Below, in pieces: positions 53,087 to 63,227 of a stretch of DNA of 64,000 bases. The notes below the pieces were generated by a model. It was given only the letters and a program-made list of their open reading frames with translations, did no database searches and had not been told where the DNA came from. Source of the DNA: a virus (taxonomy: Duplodnaviria > Heunggongvirae > Uroviricota > Caudoviricetes); IMG/VR virus record IMGVR_UViG_2524023210_000007, positions 16,429 through 80,428 of that record, one strand, 5' to 3'. Each line of letters starts with the position of its first letter. Within the stretch, counting starts at the first letter, position 1. The position numbers were made by a program, and so were the translations under genes.

Positions 53087-54083
53087 GCCATCTCACTCCG
53101 TAGTGACGTTTCCGGGTTAACCCACACTAGGCGGACCTATCACAGATTTGAGTCGCAGCAACCCGGCGGAGCGCGCCTATCAACGGGCAAGCGCCGCCGC
53201 GTCGGTTTGACAGCCGACTCATTTTCCGATTCAGAGCGGGAACAGTGAAGGATTGTCACCACGGGCAACCCGCCAGGCCGAAAGGTCTCGGCGGGTTTCG
53301 CATGTCAACGGTGCACCATGGCCAACCCGACCAATGCAGCTGCGCCGATTGCTGGAACGTGGCGCCCAACCGGCAACGCGCGGTTGCGGTGCGGTTGGTT
53401 CGGCCGGCCGATAATCGAGATTGAGGAGTCCGCCACGGTGCTGACTGGCGATCCTGCGCCAGGCCAAGCCATCGGGACATGGCGAGTAGCGAAGCGTTGG
53501 CGCCGCGCTCGGCGCGGCCAAGTCGTGGCGCTCGGTACCGTTGCAGCCATGGTCGCCTTTGCCCGTGGCAAGGCGGAGCGGTAGCGCCCATGGGTGACGT
53601 CGTCGCGTTCGCTGTCCCTGCCGGCGGCGCCGCCGCGCGTGCAGTCCCTGCCAGCGATGAATCCGCAACCGTTGTTATCTTGCCCGTCATCCGCCTAGAG
53701 CGCTGCAGCCCCGACCCATGGGACGGGTTGCCGAGCGATAGCGCTCCGCCGCATGCGGCCACGTTCCCGGATGACGGCGCGTAGTCCGCCACGTCAACTG
53801 GTCACCACCTAACGCACACGCCAGCCAGGTAACGCCAGCACGTTGCGGCGGGGCGGCGCCGGGTGCCATGGGCGCCGCCGGACATGGTCGGGCAACCCGA
53901 CCCGCGACGCTCGCAACAGCCAAGCCGGGCCAGCCAACCGCCAACCCGCCCCCCGTCGGCGGACCTCGAGCAAGGGGGGCAGGGGGGGGCAAATTCCCGA
54001 AAGACGGCAGGACCCGGGACCGCTTGGGGTCGCATCCGCACAATTTTTTTGAGGCGGCCGAAATTTTTGGCCGAGATCGCAAA

Positions 54084-54593
54084 ATGACCGAAAAACCGGC
54101 AGAGCCGAAAAAGCGGAAGACGCGGAAGCGAGCAACGCGGAAACGGAATGCCGGCGGGCGGCCATCCTGGAAGCCGACCCTCGACGATCGGACCACGATC
54201 GAGCGGATGAAGTTCTGCGGCGAGTCCGACGCCACGATTGCGCGGTCGCTTGGTGTCGACGTCGACACGATGCGGAAACATTGCCCGGAAGAACTCGCGA
54301 ACGGGTACGCGAACCGCCGGCGCGAGGTGGTCAACCTGCTCTTCGAGGCGGCGAAAGCCAAGAACACCTCGGCGATCAAGCGGCTCGACGACATGGGGCG
54401 GGTTGCCGGTGCGGCCGCAGCGGTAAACGGTCGCGGCGGGAAAATGCCGAAGCCGGAGAAAGCGCCGGTCGCCGAAAAGCCTGGCAAAAAGGAACTGCGG
54501 AAACAGGCGGCTGCCCAGGTAAGCGGGGTCTACGCGCCGCCGCCGCCGCCGAGGCTGGCTGTCGATAACACCAAGGCCGCGGGCGGCGAGTGA
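54084..54593 (+). CDS. terminase small subunit (HTH-containing)
   Basis: position immediately 5' of terL; DDRTTIERMKFCGESDATIARSLGVDVDTMRKH HTH; basic N-terminus. Confidence 0.5.
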   Translation: MTEKPAEPKKRKTRKRATRKRNAGGRPSWKPTLDDRTTIERMKFCGESDATIARSLGVDVDTMRKHCPEELANGYANRRREVVNLLFEAAKAKNTSAIKRLDDMGRVAGAAAAVNGRGGKMPKPEKAPVAEKPGKKELRKQAAAQVSGVYAPPPPPRLAVDNTKAAGGE

Positions 54594-56335
54594 CCCTTCA
54601 CTGGTCGACGGCGTGTATCGACTGGGAGAGGAGAATCGTCGCCGGCGAGACGCTCGTCCCGTTTGAGCCCCTCTTCCCGGAAGAGGCTTACGCGGCGCTA
54701 GATGTTTTCAAATCGCTGAAGATCGTCGATGCCACTTTCATCGAGGATCCCGAGACAGGCGAGATGCGTCCGCCGACGTTCGGCGAGGCCAGCGAGCCGT
54801 GGGTCTTCGATTTCGTTCTGGCAATCTTCGGGGCATACGATCACGCCAGCGCCAAACGACTGATCCGGGAATTCTTTCTGCTGATCAGCAAGAAGAACGG
54901 AAAGTCGACGATCGCTGCGGCGATCATGATCACCGCGCTGATCCGGAATTGGAGGCATTCCGCCGAGCTCCTTATCTTGGCGCCTACGCTCGAGGTCGCA
55001 AAAAACGCCTTTGAGCCGGCGCGCGACATGGTGCTCTACGATGAGCAACTGAAGGATCTCCTGCACATTCAGGAGAACTTCCGCCAGATCAAACACCTCG
55101 TAACGAACGCGGTCTTGAAGGTCGTCGCAGCCGACACCGATACCGTTTCCGGCAAGAAGGCCGCTTTCGTTCTCGTCGACGAATTGTGGGTTTTCGGCAA
55201 GCGCGCCGGCGCCAGCGCCATGTTGCGCGAGGCAACCGGTGGCCTTGTCTCGAAGAAGGAAGGCTTCGTCATCTTCCTGTCCACGCATTCGGACGAAGAG
55301 CCGGCGGGCGTGTTCAAGGAGAAACTCGAATACTACCGCGACATCCGGGACGGACGGATCACGGATCCAAAGAGCTTCGGCATTCTTTTCGAATGGCCCG
55401 AACCCATGCTCGAGTCTGAGGCCTACCTGGACCCGGCGAATTGGCGCATTACGAACCCAAACCTCGAAAAGTCAGTCTTCACCGATTGGCTTTTGGAGGA
55501 ACTCGCCAAGGCGCAGCGCGGCGACAAGGCCGATCTGAACGTCTTCCTCGCGAAGCACCTGAATGTACCGATTGGACAGCGGTTGCGCGCGAACCGCTGG
55601 GCTGGCGCTGATTTCTGGGCCGAATCCACCGAACGTGTAACCTCCCTGCAGGATCTGCTGCGGCGTTGCGAGGTTGTGGTTGTCGGCATCGACGGCGGAG
55701 GCCTCGACGATCTCCTAGGGCTGGTGGTTCTCGGCCGGCTAAAGCGGCCGTCAGGCGCCGCAGAAGACCTGACGAAGCGGAAATGGTTGTGCTGGGCCAG
55801 AGCGTGGGCGCACAAGATCGTGCTGAAGCGTCGGCAGCAAATCGCGACCGAACTCCAGGAACTCGTGAAGGAAAACACGCTCACGATTGTGGAAAATCCG
55901 GGCGATGACGTCACCGCCGTCGCTGACATCGTGATGACGATCGAGGAATCCGGAAAGCTTGCCGAAGACGCAGCGATCGCAGTCGACGCCGCCGGCATTG
56001 GCTCCATTGTCGACGAACTCACCAGCGAGGCGCGTGGTCTCGAGAAGGAGCGCATCGTCGGTATCTCCCAAGGCTGGAAGCTCAACGGCGCCATCAAGGA
56101 TGCCGAGCGCAGGGTCGCCGCTGGCACCCTAATCCACGAGGGATCTCGGCTTATGTCCTGGTCGGTCGGGAACGCTAAGGCGGAGCAGCGCGGCAATGCG
56201 ACGCTCGTCACGAAGCAGATCAGCGGCATGGCAAAAATCGACCCTCTGATGGCGATGTTCAATGCGGTGTCGCTGATGTCGATGAATCCAGAACCGGCAG
56301 GATCAGCTTACGAGGACGAAGACGTCCTGGTGTGA
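54590..56335 (+). CDS. terminase large subunit
   Basis: Walker A KKNGKSTIAAA, ATPase + nuclease domain length; GTG start overlapping terS stop. Confidence 0.8.
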   Translation: MTLHWSTACIDWERRIVAGETLVPFEPLFPEEAYAALDVFKSLKIVDATFIEDPETGEMRPPTFGEASEPWVFDFVLAIFGAYDHASAKRLIREFFLLISKKNGKSTIAAAIMITALIRNWRHSAELLILAPTLEVAKNAFEPARDMVLYDEQLKDLLHIQENFRQIKHLVTNAVLKVVAADTDTVSGKKAAFVLVDELWVFGKRAGASAMLREATGGLVSKKEGFVIFLSTHSDEEPAGVFKEKLEYYRDIRDGRITDPKSFGILFEWPEPMLESEAYLDPANWRITNPNLEKSVFTDWLLEELAKAQRGDKADLNVFLAKHLNVPIGQRLRANRWAGADFWAESTERVTSLQDLLRRCEVVVVGIDGGGLDDLLGLVVLGRLKRPSGAAEDLTKRKWLCWARAWAHKIVLKRRQQIATELQELVKENTLTIVENPGDDVTAVADIVMTIEESGKLAEDAAIAVDAAGIGSIVDELTSEARGLEKERIVGISQGWKLNGAIKDAERRVAAGTLIHEGSRLMSWSVGNAKAEQRGNATLVTKQISGMAKIDPLMAMFNAVSLMSMNPEPAGSAYEDEDVLV

Positions 56336-56398
56336 TGCCGGCGGCCGCGGTCGCTGCCCGTTGGTCTCCCCCGCAACTCATCAGGACAAAAATCGCCC

Positions 56399-58039
56399 AT
56401 GGGTTGGATAAACAACGCCGCTGCAGCAGTCTGGTCGCTTGGCCGTCGGGCCGACGATTCCGACCAGGACCGCTACTATGGCGACGACGCTGATTTTTAC
56501 TACGAGTCGGTAGGAAAGCGCTCGACCGCTGGCGTTCGCATCACACCAATGGCGGCGATGCGCCTCTCGGCGTTCGCGGCATGCGCGAAGGTGTTGGCCG
56601 AGACCATCGCCAGCCTTCCGGTCTCGATCAACAAGATCATGCCGGATGATGGCCGTCAGCCATGGCCGAGCCATCCGATTGCGGAACTGATCCGGTATCA
56701 GCCCAACCGGACGCAGACCGCTGTCGAGTTCTGGGAATCGATCATCTTTCATACCGTGCTGTTCGGCACCGGCTACGCCGAGATCGTGCCTGGTCCGCGC
56801 GGCGCCGTCGATCAGTTGAAGTTCCTGCGCAGCGATCGCGTCGTTCAAGATCAGCTTCGCGATGAAACACTGCGTTTCACGGTATCGAACCCGAATTCAG
56901 GAGGATCTCGGGTTCTGTTGCAGGATGAGGTCTTGCGCATTCCGAGCCTGTCGCTGGACGGCGTCAACGGCCTCAGCATGATCGACCTCGCCGCGGAAGC
57001 GATAGGTCTCGGCGTTGCTGCCGATCAGTATGCCTCGCGCATTTTTTCGAACAACCTCAACATGGGTGGTTTCATCACCACCCAGAAGAGGATGAGCCGC
57101 GAGGCAATCCGCAATCTGATTGCCAGGTTGATGGAGAAGTACGCCAGTCCGGAGAATTTCCACCGGCCGGCGATCCTCCAGGACGGAGCAAAGTTCGAGC
57201 CCGCCGCCATGAAGGCGAGCGAGGCCCAACTGTTGGAAGCCCGGAAGTGGCAGATCGCGGAACTCGCGCGCTACTTCCGGATTCCGCTGCACATGCTTGG
57301 CGTCGACGACCAGACGAATCGGTCGACCGTCGAAGAGCAGTCCATCAACTTCGTGAAGTACACGATCCGGCCATGGGCGCGCCGGATCGAACAGGCCGTT
57401 CGTCGCGATCTCATCATCGCGACGGGGCTGTATGAGATCAAATTTAACCTCGATGCGCTCGAGCGCGGCAATCTCGAGGCCCGTCGGAACTATTGGTCGT
57501 CGGCGCTTGGAAGCGGTGGTGCACCTGGCTGGATGACCGTCAACGAGGTGCGGGTCGCCGAAGGGATGAACCGCATCAATGAACCCTGGGCCGACCAAGT
57601 GTCCCGCGGCGGGTACGAAAAGGCGTCGCCGACGCCCGCCGGGCAACAGCGCCAAGGTTCGGACGATGAGACGGATGCGATCGCGGCGCCGGCGCCGAAG
57701 ATCGAGGACAACACGCCGGAAGCAGTCGCCGCTCGAGTCGCCAACAAGGAGAACGCAACCCTCCGCAAGGCGTCGCAGCGGTTCGCCGCGGATCCCGATG
57801 GGCTGCGCGAGTTCATCAAGGCTTTCTACGGCGGTCACGTCAGCTTCGTGATGTCGCAACTCGGCATATCGAGGCCGGACGCGAAACGATACTGCGCGCA
57901 TCAGCGCGATGAGGCGCTGAAGGCGAACGATTTCTTGGCGTTGCTCGATCACCGGGAAGAGAAGCTTGCCGGCCTGATTGCCGCCGTTCTCAAGCAACAC
58001 GGAGCCCGAAATGGGGAAGATGCAGCAGTTCAAGCGTGA
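56399..58039 (+). CDS. portal protein (HK97 family)
   Basis: portal-family core (YWESIIFHTVLFGTGYAEIV...); size and gene order. Confidence 0.75.
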   Translation: MGWINNAAAAVWSLGRRADDSDQDRYYGDDADFYYESVGKRSTAGVRITPMAAMRLSAFAACAKVLAETIASLPVSINKIMPDDGRQPWPSHPIAELIRYQPNRTQTAVEFWESIIFHTVLFGTGYAEIVPGPRGAVDQLKFLRSDRVVQDQLRDETLRFTVSNPNSGGSRVLLQDEVLRIPSLSLDGVNGLSMIDLAAEAIGLGVAADQYASRIFSNNLNMGGFITTQKRMSREAIRNLIARLMEKYASPENFHRPAILQDGAKFEPAAMKASEAQLLEARKWQIAELARYFRIPLHMLGVDDQTNRSTVEEQSINFVKYTIRPWARRIEQAVRRDLIIATGLYEIKFNLDALERGNLEARRNYWSSALGSGGAPGWMTVNEVRVAEGMNRINEPWADQVSRGGYEKASPTPAGQQRQGSDDETDAIAAPAPKIEDNTPEAVAARVANKENATLRKASQRFAADPDGLREFIKAFYGGHVSFVMSQLGISRPDAKRYCAHQRDEALKANDFLALLDHREEKLAGLIAAVLKQHGARNGEDAAVQA

Positions 58040-59387
58040 GATCCGGAGCTCAAACGGCCGGGTCTTCGCCTTTGACCTGCGGAACGGCTTCGGCGCCGTC
58101 CTGGGCGGCCTGTTCGAGAAGATTGCGCGCGGCAAGGTCCATGACCAGGAAATCCGCGAGATTTATGGACTCGAGGACGAGGGCGATCGCGAACCGATGC
58201 ATGTGCGGATCGCCGCCGGCCCGCAGATGACGCCGAGCTCGAAGCCCGGCAAGTACACCGCGCTTGTCTCGATGCACGGCGTTGCGCTCTACGATCTGGA
58301 ATTCCAGCCGTACTGCTTCTCGACGTTGCTGTTGTCCCAGATCATGGATCAACTCGCGAATGATCCCACTGTCGACACCATCGTTCTCGACATCAACACG
58401 CCTGGTGGCCACGTCACTGGCACCCAGGAAGCCGCCGATGCCGTGTTCAAGGCCGCAAAGAAGAAGACCGTGGTTGGTATCATCAACCCGCTCTGCGCCA
58501 GCGCCGGCTATTGGATCGGCTCGCAGTGCACCCGGCTCGTCGCGGTGCCGTCGGCCGATATCGGCTCGATCGGTGTCTTCATGTGCCACTATGACTGCTC
58601 CGCGATGCTGGCGGATTTCGGCTTGAAGCCGACCTTCATCTACGCCGGCGAGTACAAGACCGAAGGCAATTCGATGGAGCCGCTCAGCGACGAGGCGCGG
58701 GCGTTCTATCAGTCCGAGGTCGACCAGACCTATGACGACTTCCTCACCGCAGTAGCGCGCGGCCGCGGCGTCTCAAAGGATGTCGTGCTGCAGAAGTTCG
58801 GCAAGGGTCGGTGCTACGGCGCGCCGATGGCGAAGCGGCTCGGCATGGTCGACGAGGTCGCCACGATCAAGCTGGCGCTTCAGAGCGTCGGTCTGACCAT
58901 GGAGATGCCGGAGGACGGCCGCCGGCGTCGCGGCGAGGACCAGGCGCCTGCCGAGGACGCCCAGGCACCTGAAGGCCAGATCGCGCCTGCTGCCGCCGAA
59001 ACTGAAGAAGCCGCCGTGACGGACCAGGTCGTCGAACTCGAGGGCTGCGAGCCGTTCGCGGTGCGGCGGGATCGGGATGGCGACGCCATCAAGGCGTACG
59101 TACTGGAGCCGTGGCCGGCGAAAGTAGTCATGGCACCGGAGTTGTTCCACAGCCAGTCCAGCTACGTGACCGTAACCGGTACCACGGTGACCATCGCGGT
59201 CGACAATGGCGCTGCTGTCTACAGCAAGATCGGCATCTCGAGGCAAGGCGACTGGGTCTGCGTGCTCGCCGAAGGCAGCAGTTTCTCGCCGCCGCCTCCG
59301 TCACAAGCCCAGATCGACGCCGAGGCGGCGGAGCGGCAGCACCGCGCCCATGTGCTTCGCCGGCGGCTCGCGCTCCTCAGCGTCTAA
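58011..59387 (+). CDS. prohead protease, S49 (SppA/ClpP-like) family, with C-terminal extension
   Basis: IVLDINTPGGHVTG S49 motif; GGAG RBS. Confidence 0.7.
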   Translation: MGKMQQFKREIRSSNGRVFAFDLRNGFGAVLGGLFEKIARGKVHDQEIREIYGLEDEGDREPMHVRIAAGPQMTPSSKPGKYTALVSMHGVALYDLEFQPYCFSTLLLSQIMDQLANDPTVDTIVLDINTPGGHVTGTQEAADAVFKAAKKKTVVGIINPLCASAGYWIGSQCTRLVAVPSADIGSIGVFMCHYDCSAMLADFGLKPTFIYAGEYKTEGNSMEPLSDEARAFYQSEVDQTYDDFLTAVARGRGVSKDVVLQKFGKGRCYGAPMAKRLGMVDEVATIKLALQSVGLTMEMPEDGRRRRGEDQAPAEDAQAPEGQIAPAAAETEEAAVTDQVVELEGCEPFAVRRDRDGDAIKAYVLEPWPAKVVMAPELFHSQSSYVTVTGTTVTIAVDNGAAVYSKIGISRQGDWVCVLAEGSSFSPPPPSQAQIDAEAAERQHRAHVLRRRLALLSV

Positions 59388-59405
59388 TCGAAATAGCGGG
59401 GAACC

Positions 59406-60455
59406 ATGAACAAGGTCCAGGCGCAGCAGTTCGAGAGCTTCGTCCACTTCATCGCGGCAGTGATGTCGGCCGAGGCGAATGATCGAGCGGATCCACGTCT
59501 CGTCTATCAGGCTGCGGCGACCGGCCTGAACGAGGCGGGCGGCGCCGCCGGCGGCTTCCTCGTCCCTTCGCAGTTCGCGGAACAGCTTTGGTCGCGGGTT
59601 TACGCGACCGGACGCATCTTGGCCCGCTGCGACGGTCAACCGGTTTCGCGGGGTGATCGGGTCGTGATCCCGATGGTTGCCGAGAAGGACCGTATCGACG
59701 GCGAACAGCCAACCGGATCGCGGTTCGGTGGTGCCCAGTTGTATTGGACCGATGAGGCCGGCGCGGACAACGACTCGCCCATTCGATTTGAACTCCTAAC
59801 CCTGCACCTCAAGAAGTTGCTCGGCATGTTCTTCGCGACTGACGAACTCATTGAGGACGTGCCGGCACTTGTTGCTGCTCTTCGGCGGATTTTCGGGCTC
59901 GAGGCCTCCTTCTCCATCGAGAACGCGATTGTGTCGGGGAGCGGCGTCGGGAAGCCGCTGGGCGTCCTGCAGTCCGGGGCCCTGATTACGGTGCCAAAGG
60001 AATCGGGCCAAGCCGCTGGCACGGTTCTGTATCCGAACCTCGTGCGCATGATCGAGCGGCTCTGGGGGCCATCGCACAATTCCGCCATCTGGCTGATGAG
60101 CAACGAGGTGCTCGGGATTGTCCTCCAATTGGCGGCGGACTCGGATGAGAAGTTGCTCACCACGGACGCGGACGGAACGCGTCGGCTCCTGACCTATCCC
60201 ATTGAGGTCTGCGAATACACTCCTGCGCTGAGCTCGGCCGGCGATATTCTGCTGGGCGACTTCAGCCAGTACATTCTCGCCCAAAAGGACGAGAACCCGG
60301 ATTTCCTGAGCTCGATACACGTCAAGTTTTCGACCGACGAAAGCGCGTTCAAGCTGCGCTATCGCGTCGATGGTGCGCCGGGCTGGAAGACGCCGATCAC
60401 GCCCAAGAACTCGACGCTGACGGTATCGCCGTTCGTGGCGCTCGGCGCCCGCTGA
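59406..60455 (+). CDS. major capsid protein, HK97 fold (paralog 1, no delta domain)
   Basis: HK97-family MCP-like sequence; position after protease. Confidence 0.7.
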   Translation: MNKVQAQQFESFVHFIAAVMSAEANDRADPRLVYQAAATGLNEAGGAAGGFLVPSQFAEQLWSRVYATGRILARCDGQPVSRGDRVVIPMVAEKDRIDGEQPTGSRFGGAQLYWTDEAGADNDSPIRFELLTLHLKKLLGMFFATDELIEDVPALVAALRRIFGLEASFSIENAIVSGSGVGKPLGVLQSGALITVPKESGQAAGTVLYPNLVRMIERLWGPSHNSAIWLMSNEVLGIVLQLAADSDEKLLTTDADGTRRLLTYPIEVCEYTPALSSAGDILLGDFSQYILAQKDENPDFLSSIHVKFSTDESAFKLRYRVDGAPGWKTPITPKNSTLTVSPFVALGAR

Positions 60456-60568
60456 TCTTCGTCTCAATTCGAATTCGCGGAGTAGGGGCGCTGAAGCGAC
60501 CCTGATCTCTGCGTTTCTATGCGGGCTCGGTCGAGACCGCACGTCTCCACCTGAGTCCACCAGCAACC

Positions 60569-60598
60569 AAGGCGCTCCTTCGCGGGCGCCTTTTTTAT
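60569..60598 (+). terminator. rho-independent terminator
   Basis: AAGGCGC-(10-nt loop)-GCGCCTT stem followed by TTTTTTATT, 115 nt after the MCP1 stop. Confidence 0.6.
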
Positions 60599-60613
60599 TG
60601 AAGGAGAGATCGA

Positions 60614-61951
60614 ATGTCGATCAAGGCACTGCGCGACAAGAAGGTCGCGTTGATCGCTGAGGCCGGCGCGCTGACGGCCAAGGTGGCCGACGGCTCCATC
60701 ACCGATGCCGAGCAGGCCCGCCTGTCCGCGATTGTGGACGACCGTGCCGCGGAAGGTGACAAGCCGGCGTATGTCAGCGAACTGACCCGCGTCAACCAGG
60801 CGATCGCGGCCGCGGAGCGTCTCATGGATGAGAAGCGCGCCATGACGCCGGCCACGGGCGAGAACGCCGAGACCACCGCCGAACGCACGGAGCGGACCAC
60901 GCCCACTGTTGCCGCGGAACCGAAGAAGAAGTTCGGAACGCTCGGCGAGCAGATGGTGGCGATCGTCAACGCCGGCCGTCGGATCGCAGTCGACGACCGT
61001 CTGGAGTGGCAGGCGGCCGCCGGCATGAACGAGGGCGGCGGCCAGGATGGTGGCTACCTCATCCAGCAGGACTTCGTCGCGGAGCTCATGATGCGGGCCT
61101 ACGACCGGTCCGACCTGCTGTCGCGGACTCGGCAACTGCCCGTCGGCGCGAACTCCAACGGCGTGAAGATCAACGCCCTGAAGGACTCAAGCCGCGCCAA
61201 TGGCACCCGCTTCGGCGGCGTCCAGGCGTTCTGGACCGGCGAGGGTCAGCAGAAGGTTGGCACGACGTTGCAGTTCCGCCAGATGGATCTGCGCCTGCAC
61301 AAGCTGACCGGCTTGCTGTACGCCACCGACGAACTGCTCGAGGACGCCGTCTTCTTGAACAGCTTCATCCCGGATGTTTTCGGCGATGAGTTCTCGTTCA
61401 AGATCGACGACGCGATCTTCGAGGGCAACGGCGCCGGCATGCCACTCGGCTTCATCAAGTCGCCGTCGCTGGTCACGATCAACCCCGAAGGTAGCCAAGG
61501 CGCCGATACCGTGATCGTCGAGAACATCGTCAAGATGTGGGCCCGGCTGTGGCTGCGTAGCCGGAAGACGGCGATTTGGACGATCAACCAGCAGATCGAG
61601 CCGCAACTCATGACGATGAAGATTGGCGACAAGCCGATCTATCTGCCGCAGGGCACGATCGAGGGCGAGCCCTTCGCGCGTCTGCTCGGTCGTCCGATCG
61701 TCCCGACCGAGTTCAACTCGGCTCTGGGCGACAAGGGCGACATCGCGCTGGTCGACCTCGCCCAGTACCTCACCATCCAGAAGGGAGGTTTCAAGCAGGA
61801 CGTCTCGATCCATGCTCGGTTCATCAATGACGAAACCACGTTCCGGTTCGTCACTCGGATGGACGGTCAGCCGATCTGGGATGCGCCGCTGACCCCCTTC
61901 AAGGGTTCGGACACCCTGAGCCCGTTCGTCACGCTCGCCGACCGCGCGTAA
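60614..61951 (+). CDS. major capsid protein, HK97 fold (paralog 2, with ~130-aa N-terminal coiled-coil delta/scaffold domain)
   Basis: clear homology to 59406..60455 over ~300 aa (e.g. GGAQLYWTDEAG / GGVQAFWTGEGQ; LLGMFFATDELIEDV / LTGLLYATDELLEDA); GAAGGAGAG RBS. Confidence 0.7.
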   Translation: MSIKALRDKKVALIAEAGALTAKVADGSITDAEQARLSAIVDDRAAEGDKPAYVSELTRVNQAIAAAERLMDEKRAMTPATGENAETTAERTERTTPTVAAEPKKKFGTLGEQMVAIVNAGRRIAVDDRLEWQAAAGMNEGGGQDGGYLIQQDFVAELMMRAYDRSDLLSRTRQLPVGANSNGVKINALKDSSRANGTRFGGVQAFWTGEGQQKVGTTLQFRQMDLRLHKLTGLLYATDELLEDAVFLNSFIPDVFGDEFSFKIDDAIFEGNGAGMPLGFIKSPSLVTINPEGSQGADTVIVENIVKMWARLWLRSRKTAIWTINQQIEPQLMTMKIGDKPIYLPQGTIEGEPFARLLGRPIVPTEFNSALGDKGDIALVDLAQYLTIQKGGFKQDVSIHARFINDETTFRFVTRMDGQPIWDAPLTPFKGSDTLSPFVTLADRA

Positions 61952-62043
61952 TCCGCGATCGCTGGCCTGGTCGGCGGGGACACCATCTCCGCCGCTCAGA
62001 TCCCTGGCGGTCATCCTTCAACTTCGAAACGGAGAATCCTCCA

Positions 62044-62487
62044 ATGACTTCTCTCATGAGCGAGAAGGTGCAGTTGGTCGGCATCATCGATCCCGATGCA
62101 AATACGGCTGGCACCTTGACCACTGGTTGGGTTTCGATGGCGGCTTTCGAGGAATTGCTCGCTATCGTTCTGGCCGGCGACCTCGGCGTCAACGCCACGA
62201 TCGACGCCAAGCTGCAGCAGGCGCAGGACTCGAGCGGCACCGGCGCCAAGGACGTCACCGGCAAGGCCATCACCCAGATGACCCAGGCCGGCACCGACAA
62301 GTCGAACAAGCAGGCGCAGATCAACGTCCGCGCCGAGGAGCTCGATCGCACGAACAGCTTCACGCACGTTCGTTTGTCCATGACAACGGCGGTCGCGACC
62401 AGCGATTCCGGTGCCGTTCTGCTAGGCATGTGCCCCCGCTACGCGCCTGGCACGCCGGCGACGTCTGTCATCGAAACCATCAAGTGA
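62044..62487 (+). CDS. hypothetical head protein (decoration/accessory?)
   Basis: GGAGAA RBS; position after capsid genes. Confidence 0.4.
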   Translation: MTSLMSEKVQLVGIIDPDANTAGTLTTGWVSMAAFEELLAIVLAGDLGVNATIDAKLQQAQDSSGTGAKDVTGKAITQMTQAGTDKSNKQAQINVRAEELDRTNSFTHVRLSMTTAVATSDSGAVLLGMCPRYAPGTPATSVIETIK

Positions 62488-62582
62488 TCCTCGCGTTGGG
62501 CTGAACTCAGTTCAGCGTGAGCGACGGATCGGGGCAGCCCTTTCGAGGGCTGCCAAACCCATTCTTGGCGGAGTCAGCGAAG

Positions 62583-63161
62583 ATGAGCGACACGGCAAAC
62601 ATTACGTTCGATGAGATGCGAGTCGTCGACGACAACCGGAAGGGCACCCCGGATGAAGTGCGCTTCGAGGATGGCAAGTCCTACGACCTTCCATTGCGAT
62701 CGGCCGATCGGTGGGTGAAGCGGGGCGCGGCGCATTTCACGTCGCCGGAAGATGCTGCGAAAGCGAGGGGCGCCTCCTCGGATGTTGCCCTCAATCTCCA
62801 GGATAGGGATCGGCGCGATCCCAGCGGTACCCGTCGGCAGCCCGAGGCGACCGGCGGCAAGGAAGCCAATGGCAACGGCGGCAGCGATCTCGGCAAGAAG
62901 ACCGTGGCGGAGCTGAAGGCTCTCGCCGCCAATCTTGGCGTCGACCTCACTGGCCTGACCACAAAGGCCGAGATCGTGGCCGCCATCGAGCGTGACGTCC
63001 AGATCAAGACGGCAGTCGCCGAAGGCAATTTCGATGACCTCACGGTGGCTGAGCTCCAGAAGGTGGCCGCCGACCAGAACATCGACCTGACCGGTAAGGC
63101 GGAAAAGGCCGATATCATCGAAGCGGTGAAGGCCGGTTACAGCCCGGTTGTCGCTGGCTGA
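62583..63161 (+). CDS. protein with two tandem HeH/Rho-N-like motifs
   Basis: KTVAELKALAANLGVDLTGLTTKAEIVAAIER and LTVAELQKVAADQNIDLTGKAEKADIIEAVKA. Confidence 0.45.
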   Translation: MSDTANITFDEMRVVDDNRKGTPDEVRFEDGKSYDLPLRSADRWVKRGAAHFTSPEDAAKARGASSDVALNLQDRDRRDPSGTRRQPEATGGKEANGNGGSDLGKKTVAELKALAANLGVDLTGLTTKAEIVAAIERDVQIKTAVAEGNFDDLTVAELQKVAADQNIDLTGKAEKADIIEAVKAGYSPVVAG

Positions 63162-63227
63162 GCCGACCAAGCGAGCATGCCTGGGGCTTTCTGCCCCGGG
63201 CCTTTCTATCCATAGGAGGTCTCGCGT

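Noticed and set aside
53318-53784. Plus-strand ORFs 53318..53584 and 53479..53784 as small genes upstream of terS
   Set aside because: Both are Ala/Arg/Gly-rich with no RBS, and they overlap each other in different frames. The region is treated as a non-coding leader.
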